NCBI GenBank assembly: GCA_020723485.1
Contig: DYIU01000004.1
Coordinates: 27,057 to 91,056 of the forward strand
DNA length: 64,000 nt
Origin: Acidimicrobium ferrooxidans
GTDB taxonomy: Bacteria; Actinomycetota; Geothermincolia; Fen-727; Anoxymicrobiaceae
Direction of reading: 5' to 3'
The notes beneath the pieces are model-generated. The model saw only the letters and a list, made by a program, of their open reading frames with translations. It was not told the DNA's origin and did not search any database. Below, in pieces: positions 1 to 8,517 of this stretch. The position numbers and the translations under genes were made by a program. Within the stretch, counting starts at the first letter, position 1; each line of letters starts with the position of its first letter.

Positions 1-333
1 GACCCGGAGGGGAGCTGGCGGTACGCGAACAGGCTGGCCGACGAGTACCTGCCGGTCTTCGAGCAGTGCCGCCGGGAGCTCGCGTCTCTCCGCCCGCGCC
101 TGGTATCCCTGGGGCCGGTCCCGTTGAGAGCGCCGCTCGAGATGCTCCTCGGGTCGTGCGACCTCCAGCTCGACGCCGCGGGCTCTTTCGTCCGGGCGCT
201 CCGCCTGGTGAGGGACTGCGACCCGATGACGGTCGGCCAGGCGCTCGAGCTCGCGCAGTCAGCCTCGTCCGGCATCGCCGAGGGCTCGGCGAGCCTCGAG
301 GGGGCCGTCGATTCCATCGCCCTGGTCCGCTGA
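1..333 (+). CDS. hypothetical protein, 5'-truncated by the window edge
   Basis: Frame 1 is open from base 1 (DPEGSWRYANRLADEYL...) to TGA at 331-333, with GC-rich third positions. Confidence 0.6.
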   Translation, partial: DPEGSWRYANRLADEYLPVFEQCRRELASLRPRLVSLGPVPLRAPLEMLLGSCDLQLDAAGSFVRALRLVRDCDPMTVGQALELAQSASSGIAEGSASLEGAVDSIALVR

Positions 334-353
334 AGTCCCGCTGGAGGTCCTAC

Positions 354-923
354 ATGAAGAAGAAGGTCATCCTGCTCTCCGGCAGCCCGCGTGCGAACGG
401 CAACACCGCGCGGCTGCTCGCGGAGGCCGCCCGCGTGATGGAGGACGCCGGGGTAGAGACCGAGGTGGTGTCCCTGTCGGGGATGCGGGTCGCCTCATGC
501 ATAGCCTGCGGCAAATGTGAGGAGCTCGGCGAGTGCTCACAGGACGACGGCCTCAATGAAATCATCGCGAAACTGAAGGAAGCCCGCGGCTTCGTGGTCG
601 GTTCCCCTGTCTACTTCGGCACCGCGCGCGGTGACGTTACGGCCGCGCTCCAGCGGATAGGCATGGTCTCGAAGGCGAGCTCCGAGTTCCTCTCCCGGAT
701 GGTGGGCGGCCCGGTGGCGGTGGCGCGCAGGGGCGGCCACACCGCCACCATCCAGGAGCTGCTCATGTTCTTCCTGATAAACGACATGGTCGTGGCCGGC
801 TCCACCTACTGGAACATGGTGTTCGGCCGCCTCCCCGGCGAAGCGCTCTCCGACGAGGAGGGCGTGGACACGGTCCGCAGGTTCGCCGAGAACGTGGCCT
901 GGCTAATCAACGGGCTCTACTGA
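354..923 (+). CDS. iron-sulfur flavoprotein / NADPH-dependent FMN reductase family
   Basis: GGAGG RBS then ATG at 354; SGSPRxxGNT, CxxCxxCxxxxxC, GSPVYFG and RRGG motifs. Confidence 0.9.
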   Translation: MKKKVILLSGSPRANGNTARLLAEAARVMEDAGVETEVVSLSGMRVASCIACGKCEELGECSQDDGLNEIIAKLKEARGFVVGSPVYFGTARGDVTAALQRIGMVSKASSEFLSRMVGGPVAVARRGGHTATIQELLMFFLINDMVVAGSTYWNMVFGRLPGEALSDEEGVDTVRRFAENVAWLINGLY

Positions 924-994
924 GCCGATAACCCATCGAAAGACGGTGTTCCGGGACGGGCCCTGGGCCCGCCGCTCTACCGAAAGGTGACAGG

Positions 995-1810
995 ATGTCT
1001 CGCGACCCTATCCTTGCTCCAAAAGGGGCCGGTCCAATCCAGAAACGCATCATCCGCCTGCTCGAGTTGGGCGTCCAGGGCTTTGCAAGGCTACCGTTCC
1101 TGGACAGGGTCCACCCCTGGATCCGCCCTGACAAGTCGAGCATACGGTGGCTCCCGATCAACCAGGACATACAGATGCCGGAGAACGCCCCGATGCCGCT
1201 GGAGCTCCTCTACCGCGTCATCGAGGAAGCGTCCCACCGGGTGATAATCGATTACTGCGGCTGCCGCCGCGGTTTCTCCTGCGAGCATTATCCTGTCGAT
1301 GTCGGCTGCCTCATGATGGGCGATTCCGCCCTGGAGATACGGAAGTTCCCTGGGAGGGAGGTCGGGGTCGATGAGGCTAAGGCCCACGCGCTCAGGGCCG
1401 TCGAAGCGGGCCTGGTCCCGGTAGTGGGCAAGGCGAGGCTCGACAATTTCATATTCGGGGTGAAGGACCGTGGCAAGCTCTTCACGACGTGTTTCTGCTG
1501 CGAGTGCTGCTGCGTGACCCGGTACACGGCGCTCAACAGCGCGGACCAGCTCGACGGCATATTCCCCCGCCTGGAAGGCGTCTCGCTCGAGGTCACCGAC
1601 CTCTGCAAGGGTTGCGGCAAATGCGTGGACCACTGCTATATCGGAGCAATAGAGATAGTCGACAAGCGCGCGGTCCTGGGTGAATACTGCAGGGCCTGCG
1701 GCCGCTGCGCTTCCGTATGCCCCCAGAATGCCATCGAGATACGCATCGAGGACCCGGAGTTCCTCGAGAAGACCTACGAGACCATCCGCTCCTACGTCAA
1801 GTACGACTGA
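995..1810 (+). CDS. Cys-rich 4Fe-4S dicluster domain protein
   Basis: CGCR...C, CFCCECCC and two CxxCxxCxxxC(P) ferredoxin motifs. Confidence 0.85.
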   Translation: MSRDPILAPKGAGPIQKRIIRLLELGVQGFARLPFLDRVHPWIRPDKSSIRWLPINQDIQMPENAPMPLELLYRVIEEASHRVIIDYCGCRRGFSCEHYPVDVGCLMMGDSALEIRKFPGREVGVDEAKAHALRAVEAGLVPVVGKARLDNFIFGVKDRGKLFTTCFCCECCCVTRYTALNSADQLDGIFPRLEGVSLEVTDLCKGCGKCVDHCYIGAIEIVDKRAVLGEYCRACGRCASVCPQNAIEIRIEDPEFLEKTYETIRSYVKYD

Positions 1811-1812
1811 CT

Positions 1813-4665
1813 TTACAGGGGGGTGCCGTCGACGCAGTCCGGCGCGGGCCAGCCCATGATCTGGTATACGGTCGGCGCGAGGTCCCCTATCCGCACCGGC
1901 TTCGCGCTCTCTGTGCCGGGAGCGTAGCCGGGATACCCCATCGGCGCCTTGAAGACGAGCGGTATGCGCCCGGTCGACAGGCCCCCGTGGAACGAGGGGA
2001 ATCCCATCTGCACGGTATCCGGAATGTTGCCCAGCGTGATTCCCACAGGATTGAAGCCGCCGGCGAGCACCTGGCCGTGCGTGCAGATGTTGTAGCGGTA
2101 CTGCGGGAACACGAACAGGTCGGCCCAGATGTGCCCCTCCGGCCCGCCCGGGTTGTTTATCCAGTACTCCGAGTAGAGTTCGCCCGGCAGGACCGTACCC
2201 ATCTCGCCGAAGTCCGCGCCGTCCTTCATCTCCTGCCGGTTGATCACCACCATCGGGCGAACCTCGCCGAGCTCCGGGTCGTCCACCACGTACTGTTCGA
2301 GAACCTGCTCTATCTGCGCGGTCTTCGCCGGGTCGGCGCACCAGATGACGCTTCCGGCTCCACCGGCCTCACGGTAGTCCTCGTTGTAGACAAACCCGTG
2401 CCTGCTCAGGATCTTTCGAAGGTCGAGCAGTTCGTAGCCGTTGTCCTGGTCCTTCACGTTCTCCATGCCGTGGTCTGAGAGCACCACGATTATGCTGTTG
2501 TCGTAGACGCCCCTTGCCTTCAGCAGGTCGAGGAACTCGCCGAACAGCACGTCCTCCTCGCGCGCGATGTCCAGGCACTCGTCGCGTTTCATCCAGGGGC
2601 TGTACTTGTTGATGTCGTCGGTCGCGGTTTCGGTCCCCCTTGTGTCCCACTCCTCCGGGTTCCATGATGAGCCTGTGAAGTGCCCGGTGTTGTCGAGGTC
2701 GGCGACGTTGATGTAGGCGACGTCCGGGTCCTCCTCGGCGATCGAGCGGAAGACCGAGCGGGCCAGGTGCCGGTCCTCGCTGTGGCTCCCGGGACCGAGG
2801 CCGAAGACAAGGCTGACGGGTATCGTGAAGAAGCCGAAGCCCAGCAGGAAGTTGAACTGCCCGAGCAGGGTCGGGATTATTATCTCTCTCGTCACGTCAG
2901 AGTACAGGTCCATGCTGAACGGGCCGGACATCGGGTCCCAGGGGTCCGAGTCAGTCACCGGGTCTCCCGCGACGTACTTCCGGGGGGGCGGGTAGAAGTA
3001 AGGCCAGGACTCGCTGTGGCCCTTTATCTCAACGGTCCTCTGGCACTCGAGCTCGGTCAGCCAGTTCTTGTTCGACCAGAAGCCGGTGACCGACTTGCCG
3101 CCCGTCTCTCGCTCCGCCACCTCGTAGATGCGCTCGATGGGCTTGCCCTCCGGGCCGTACTTCATCAGGTCCATCGAGTTTAGCGCGTTCATCGGCTCGT
3201 CGTGCTCTGTGAAGCCGCGCACAGTGCCGCCTACCAGGTATACGCCGGACGTCCCGGTGTACGTCCCTGCGAGAGCGTTGGTGTGGTTCATGTCCGTCGC
3301 GGTCGGGAGGAAGCTCCGGGCGTCGGTGAAGTTCGCCGCCTGGCTGAGGAAGTCGTGGTGATTGGGCATGAGCCAGTCGCCCTCGGAGCCGGGCCCGGTG
3401 CCGGACCTGTTCAGGTACATGTACTCCGGTTCCATGGAGTCCACCGACCAGAAATAGATGTTTCGCGTGGCCGTCACTTCGGCGGCCACCCTGACCGTCT
3501 CTCCGTCCCCGGAGCTCGAGGCCGCCGACACCGCCAACTCGAGCCTCTCCCCGGGAGGCGCGCCCACCGGCGCTTTTACGCTGAGCACCGCCTGCCTGGT
3601 CTCCGTCGGCTCGATGTCGGACATCGCCGCCGTGTCGAGCCCGACCTCCCAGCCGGGCGCTCCACCCGAGAAAGAAAGGCCGACGTCGATGGGGGCGGAC
3701 TCGAGGTTCGTCACGTGGAACACGAAGCTTGTGGACTCCCCGCCCATCAGCTGGTGCGCCGAGGGCCTGGGCCCATCGAGGTCGTTCGCGCAGTAGAGCA
3801 TGCCGGGATCGACCACCTTGAGGCTGACCGTGGAGGTCTCACCGGAGTAGGCTCCGGGCCCGAGCGTTATGTTCACCGTACCGGGGCTGTTCTTCGGTAG
3901 CGTCGCCTTCGGCGTCACCTCGGCCGTGACAGACACGTTGGCCGGGTACAGGTAGTTGCGGGTGAGGCCCCTGACATTTACGCTCGCCGCCTCTCCTCCG
4001 GGGCTGGAGAACTTCACGTCGCAGGGAAAATCCGCCGTGTATCCGAGTTTGTAGGTGTCCTCGGCCGCCCCCAGATTGGAAGCGTTGAAGTTCCACTGGA
4101 GCGGCGCCCCCACGAAGACCCGGGTCTCCGGCTCCTTGTATCCCTTACCGAAGAGCATGTCGCCAGACGACCTCTCGAGGAGCGGCTTCGAGGCCAGGGC
4201 CGTCACCTTGAGCCATACCCGGTGGAGCTCACTACCCCTCTTGCCGGTCACCTTTATCCAGCAATCGGTGCCGTCCGGCACGCTCGGGCTGGCGCACACG
4301 CCTACCCACCCCGATGCTACCCCGTCGGGACCGTCCGGCTTGTAGTAAGAGCCGATAAGCTTCACAGTGAAGCCAGGCTGGTCGCAGACCGCCGAAGCTC
4401 TCACAGTCTTGAGACTTCCGCCGCCGTTGATGTTGCGGACGTCGAGCGGGAACCAGGTGACAGTGCCGCCGGTCCTCGGTGAGATGACCTGTCGAGGGAA
4501 GATGCTGGCCAGCTCGAACGTGGCCTTGCCCGGCCCGAGCGCGCCGGCCGAGGCCGGCGACCTGGTGGCGGCCGGAATCATCACGAGGCAAAGCGCTGCA
4601 ACGAGCAGCAGGCACACGGATGACCGCACGGCGTTATGACACGAGAAGATTTCGCCCGCTCTCAT
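1813..4665 (-). CDS. secreted alkaline-phosphatase-superfamily phosphodiesterase (NPP-like) with N-terminal beta-sandwich repeats
   Basis: Signal-like N-terminus, beta-rich repeats, then SVDSM, PTATDMNH (Thr nucleophile), DLDNTGH, VLSDHG and FHG metal-ligand motifs. Confidence 0.8.
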   Translation of the reverse strand: MRAGEIFSCHNAVRSSVCLLLVAALCLVMIPAATRSPASAGALGPGKATFELASIFPRQVISPRTGGTVTWFPLDVRNINGGGSLKTVRASAVCDQPGFTVKLIGSYYKPDGPDGVASGWVGVCASPSVPDGTDCWIKVTGKRGSELHRVWLKVTALASKPLLERSSGDMLFGKGYKEPETRVFVGAPLQWNFNASNLGAAEDTYKLGYTADFPCDVKFSSPGGEAASVNVRGLTRNYLYPANVSVTAEVTPKATLPKNSPGTVNITLGPGAYSGETSTVSLKVVDPGMLYCANDLDGPRPSAHQLMGGESTSFVFHVTNLESAPIDVGLSFSGGAPGWEVGLDTAAMSDIEPTETRQAVLSVKAPVGAPPGERLELAVSAASSSGDGETVRVAAEVTATRNIYFWSVDSMEPEYMYLNRSGTGPGSEGDWLMPNHHDFLSQAANFTDARSFLPTATDMNHTNALAGTYTGTSGVYLVGGTVRGFTEHDEPMNALNSMDLMKYGPEGKPIERIYEVAERETGGKSVTGFWSNKNWLTELECQRTVEIKGHSESWPYFYPPPRKYVAGDPVTDSDPWDPMSGPFSMDLYSDVTREIIIPTLLGQFNFLLGFGFFTIPVSLVFGLGPGSHSEDRHLARSVFRSIAEEDPDVAYINVADLDNTGHFTGSSWNPEEWDTRGTETATDDINKYSPWMKRDECLDIAREEDVLFGEFLDLLKARGVYDNSIIVVLSDHGMENVKDQDNGYELLDLRKILSRHGFVYNEDYREAGGAGSVIWCADPAKTAQIEQVLEQYVVDDPELGEVRPMVVINRQEMKDGADFGEMGTVLPGELYSEYWINNPGGPEGHIWADLFVFPQYRYNICTHGQVLAGGFNPVGITLGNIPDTVQMGFPSFHGGLSTGRIPLVFKAPMGYPGYAPGTESAKPVRIGDLAPTVYQIMGWPAPDCVDGTPL

Positions 4666-4818
4666 CGTTCTACCCCCCGGTCAGACCTCAAAAGGAAGGA
4701 TTCGGTCTAATAGTATTAACACCGGACGGGGCGCCGCAACATCCTCTCGGAAAATCACCCGAAAAGGTTACGTGCGTGAAGCAGGAGTCAGTCCATGGAG
4801 CGGGATGCGCGCGGGCCT

Positions 4819-5352
4819 CTAGTCCTCGAACCGCTCGACCATCTTCTGGTATTTCTCGTGGATGAGTATCCTGTCGAACTCGTCGAACTCGCTGAGCATG
4901 GAGTCCTGCTCCTCCCTGCTGAAGTACTCCTGGCAGGGGAAGAAGAACCGCTTGTCCTCCTTGAATATATGGGCGGGGTAGAACTCCACCAGGTCCCCGA
5001 GCGCCGATATCATCTCCAGGAGGGCGCCGGGCTCGCCGCCGGCGAACCTGTTCCTGGCGTCGACCAGCTGGCCGACCTTGCCCCTGCCGTAAACGTGGTC
5101 GTTCACCAGTTCCTCCATCATGGCCACCAGCTCCGGGGTCATGTCCTTTGCGGCCAGGTCCCTGAACAGGATGTCCTCCTCCTTGCCGTGGTGCGTCCTG
5201 TCGGCGTAGCTCCTGAAGAAATCCACACCTGCATCAACGAGGATGAAGTTCACCTCTTTTTCGGTCTTCATGCGGTCCAGCTCGGCGGCGAGAACCACCA
5301 CCATCCTCTCGATGAGCCTGTGCTCACGCATCAGCGGGCCGATGGGCTTCAT
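4819..5352 (-). CDS. hemerythrin (HHE) domain protein
   Basis: EH...HHGKEEDILF...DH...HIFKED pattern; GGAGG RBS. Confidence 0.9.
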   Translation of the reverse strand: MKPIGPLMREHRLIERMVVVLAAELDRMKTEKEVNFILVDAGVDFFRSYADRTHHGKEEDILFRDLAAKDMTPELVAMMEELVNDHVYGRGKVGQLVDARNRFAGGEPGALLEMISALGDLVEFYPAHIFKEDKRFFFPCQEYFSREEQDSMLSEFDEFDRILIHEKYQKMVERFED

Positions 5353-5394
5353 GCGACATCTCCTCCAGGTCTGATAAGTGCGCTCCCCGGCGGC

Positions 5395-6150
5395 TTATTC
5401 CTTAACGCTGTCCAGCATTCCTGCCGCGCCGGCCATGCCTTCATCGGTGATCCACATCTCGAGCATGGGCTCCCCGCCCGCGATGACGCTCTCGATGCGC
5501 TCTATCGCGCCGCCCCTGACCTGCCTCTTTATCCGGTTATACGGCCCACGGGGCAGGCTCGCCATGTCGGTAGCGACCGCTATCGCGCGTTCGAGCACGT
5601 CGGCGGGTGGGTGCAGCTCGTCGAGGATGCCCCACTCGAGCGCGCGGTCCGGGGTCTGGTTCACGCCGGTCAACAGGAGCCGGCGGAATACCGGGTGGGA
5701 TAGCTCCTGCCGTAGCACCTCCAGTGTCGAGACGGGGAACGGTATGCCGACGCGGGCCTCGGTCACCCCCAGGGGATAGTCGCCCTCGGCTCCCACCCTG
5801 TAGTCGCAGCAGATCATCAGTATGAAGCCCCCCGCGTTGGCGGGGCCGTTGACCGCGGCGACCGTCGGCCGGGGCGCAGCGAAGGTCTCGGTTATGACCT
5901 TGTTCACCAGGTTGATGTACTCATGCTGGCGCTCGACCCCGTAGAACGGGACGGCCTTGAGGTCGAGGCCGGCACAGAAGCACCTCCCGGCCCCGGTCAG
6001 GACTATCGCCCCGATGCTGTCATCCGCATAGAGCTCGGACATCGCCGCGTCCGCTTCCTTCAGTATCTCCAGGTCGATGGCGTTGACCGGCGGCCTGTCC
6101 AGGGTCAGGACCGCCACGGCACCGACGCGTTCCACCCTGATGAATTCCAT
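5395..6150 (-). CDS. enoyl-CoA hydratase/isomerase family
   Basis: FCAGLDL, AAVNGPANAGG and TEARVGIP crotonase motifs. Confidence 0.9.
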   Translation of the reverse strand: MEFIRVERVGAVAVLTLDRPPVNAIDLEILKEADAAMSELYADDSIGAIVLTGAGRCFCAGLDLKAVPFYGVERQHEYINLVNKVITETFAAPRPTVAAVNGPANAGGFILMICCDYRVGAEGDYPLGVTEARVGIPFPVSTLEVLRQELSHPVFRRLLLTGVNQTPDRALEWGILDELHPPADVLERAIAVATDMASLPRGPYNRIKRQVRGGAIERIESVIAGGEPMLEMWITDEGMAGAAGMLDSVKE

Positions 6151-6296
6151 CGTCTCCTCCCTTTCACCGCCCGGTGGGCCTGTCGTTCCAGCTGCACTCT
6201 AAAGTCTATACAATCTGCCGCCTCGAATGCTCCCGGCCGCGGAATTGGTTTAGACTAGGGGCGGAGCGGACGGACCGGAAGAAGGCGAGGCAGGCA

Positions 6297-7076
6297 TTGG
6301 ACCTGAGGGAAGAGCTCGAATCCAGGGCCGGGACCCCGGTCTTCGGGGTCGCGGACGCGGCCTCGTACGGGGCGAAAGCGCCCGAGGGGCACCGGCCGTC
6401 TGATTTCATGAGGGAGGCGCGCTCAATAGTGCTTGTCGGCGAGCGGATGCTCGACGCCCCGCTCGACGGCATTCCCGTGACGCGCCAGGAATATACCGCG
6501 AACTTCCACGTCGCCAACGACCGGCTGAATCACGTGCTCTTCGAGCTCGCCGGTGTCCTCCAGGCGGAGGGCTACAGGGCGTTCCCGGTGCCTTACAAGG
6601 AGATGCCCGGGTGGAACCTCGAGGGCCGCTCTCCGCTCGCGCTCAAGCTGCTCCGGCACGTGATGACCGCGCAGCGGGCCAGGCCCCTCGTGGAGGCCTC
6701 CCTCTGGGACAACCTCTCCTACCGGCACATGGCCGTCGAGGCCGGGCTGGGGGAACTGGGCCTCAACAACCTCCTCCTGCACCCGGAGCACGGGCCGCGG
6801 GTGCGGTTCGTCGCCCTGCTGACCGACGCGGAGATGCAGGCGGGTTCGCCGCTGGAGCCGGCTCTCTGCCGCCCGGAGCTCTGCGGGCACGCGTGCGCGA
6901 GGGCATGCCCCGCCGGCGCGCTGAGCGAGGAGGGCGGCCGTACCGACAGGCCGGCCTGCCTCAAGTACTACATCAAGCTCGGGATACCGGGTCAGAGCGG
7001 CGTGCGCTGCGGGCTGTGCGTCGCGAAGTGCCCCGTGTACCGGGCCTCCTTCCGCGACGCAGCCGCCAGCCGCTGA
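6297..7076 (+). CDS. QueG-like (epoxyqueuosine reductase family) 4Fe-4S protein
   Basis: SYRHMAVEAGLGELGLNNLLLHPEHGPRVRF, CxxxCPAGAL and CGLCVAKCP; probable TTG start at 6297 after GAGG (ORF open from 6174). Confidence 0.8.
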   Translation: MDLREELESRAGTPVFGVADAASYGAKAPEGHRPSDFMREARSIVLVGERMLDAPLDGIPVTRQEYTANFHVANDRLNHVLFELAGVLQAEGYRAFPVPYKEMPGWNLEGRSPLALKLLRHVMTAQRARPLVEASLWDNLSYRHMAVEAGLGELGLNNLLLHPEHGPRVRFVALLTDAEMQAGSPLEPALCRPELCGHACARACPAGALSEEGGRTDRPACLKYYIKLGIPGQSGVRCGLCVAKCPVYRASFRDAAASR

Positions 7077-7234
7077 CTGAGGGCTGATGCCGGGGGACGC
7101 ACGCTCTTCGAGAGCAGACCGACGATGACCATCCGCATCCGCAATCTCGTCTTATCCCTTTTGCAGGTCCTTAAAGGAGGGTAGAATCCTTCCTGCGGTC
7201 TGACATCCTTGGTTCTCGAAAGAAGTGATCTCCG

Positions 7235-7924
7235 GTGGAGTGTCCAAAGTGCTCGACGGACCTACCTGAGGGGACCCTCGGCTGCCCCATGTGTGGGGAA
7301 CCTGTAGGAAGAACGGCCGGCCCGCCGGCGCTGCCTGAGCTGCAGAAGACGACGAGACCCGCCGAGCCCGCCGAGACATCGGGCCCTTCGCAGTCCTCTC
7401 AGGAATATATCGCTCCCGGGGAGATCTCACGCCCCGCTTCGCGGCCGGAGAAGCGCGGTCTCTCCCTGGTAGAAGAGAGAAAGAGGTTGGGGCTCATCCT
7501 GGTCGCCGTTCTTCTGTCGGTTGTTGTCGCAATCGGGGGCATTGTCTACTGGCGAACCCGCGAGAGACCTTTGAACACCGTTCAGCAGTTCTGGTTCTGG
7601 GCGAACCATTCGAACCTGGAGGAGGTGTTCGCGTGCTGGACGCCAGAGTACCTCGCCCGGCACCCAGAGATCGAGCAGCAGGTGCTGGGCGCTTTCGATA
7701 AGCCTACCAACGAGGGCAATTTTATCGGCACCCGTGTATGCACGAACAGCTACCAGGACCTGATGTACGACATCCAGCAGACCGGTCCGATAGCACTGGC
7801 CATCACCTATGCTCCCGGTGAGGTCACCGGTAACGCCAGGACCACCAAAGCCAAACTCTCAGAGATGATCCTCATCAAACAGGGCGGGAAGTGGTATATC
7901 ACTACCCTCAAGCTGTTCTGGTAG
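7235..7924 (+). CDS. zinc-ribbon, single-TM membrane protein with extracytoplasmic domain
   Basis: N-terminal CPKC...CPMCG, Pro-rich linker, one TM helix, C-terminal ..KQGGKWYI. Confidence 0.7.
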   Translation: MECPKCSTDLPEGTLGCPMCGEPVGRTAGPPALPELQKTTRPAEPAETSGPSQSSQEYIAPGEISRPASRPEKRGLSLVEERKRLGLILVAVLLSVVVAIGGIVYWRTRERPLNTVQQFWFWANHSNLEEVFACWTPEYLARHPEIEQQVLGAFDKPTNEGNFIGTRVCTNSYQDLMYDIQQTGPIALAITYAPGEVTGNARTTKAKLSEMILIKQGGKWYITTLKLFW

Positions 7925-7933
7925 GCTGATCCT

Positions 7934-8452
7934 TCACTCCTGGTGGTCTCCCCCGCCGGTGACGTAGGCGTACACGCCGTGTGAGAAGAGCACGAATCCC
8001 AGTTCCGCCTGGACGTACCGCCTCGCCGCCGCCACGTCCTCGGGGTCGTAACCGGTCGCGGCCATCACCCTCGCGAACCGCTCCTGGAGCTCATCCGCGA
8101 CCGCCCTGGTCACGAACTCGACCACCTTGTCGGCGCTTCCCATCGCGATGGCGTCTTCCGCCAGCGGGACCACCGGCCCCCAGTCCAGGCCCTCGGGCTT
8201 CAAGCCCGTGTAAGAGGCGCCCTCACCTTCGCGGTGGAGCCTGACCGCGGTCTCGAAGAACCACAGGTCCGAGACCTCCGCCGCCTTTGGAGCCAGGCTC
8301 CGGGTCTCGTACGCCTTCTCGAAGGCGCTCTCGAGCTCCTCCTGTTGCGCTTCGGCAACCCACGGAAGGATAAGGTGGACCTCGCCTGTCTCCAGCGCGC
8401 GCTTCGCGGCTTTTACCACCGGTCCGTCCAGAGTGTCGCAATGCGGCGGCAT
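7934..8452 (-). CDS. DUF6448-like protein
   Basis: HCDTLDGPVV...FFETAVRLHREGEGASYTGLKP signature; GGAGG RBS. Confidence 0.75.
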   Translation of the reverse strand: MPPHCDTLDGPVVKAAKRALETGEVHLILPWVAEAQQEELESAFEKAYETRSLAPKAAEVSDLWFFETAVRLHREGEGASYTGLKPEGLDWGPVVPLAEDAIAMGSADKVVEFVTRAVADELQERFARVMAATGYDPEDVAAARRYVQAELGFVLFSHGVYAYVTGGGDHQE

Positions 8453-8517
8453 AAGACGTTCACCTCCCCGGCGCGGCGCAGTACCGCGCGCTGTAACGCA
8501 TGTCCGGGTGTGGATTT

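Noticed and set aside
4676..4712. Further GGTCAGACC family element
   Set aside because: Only a 9-nt match with no convincing partner arm.
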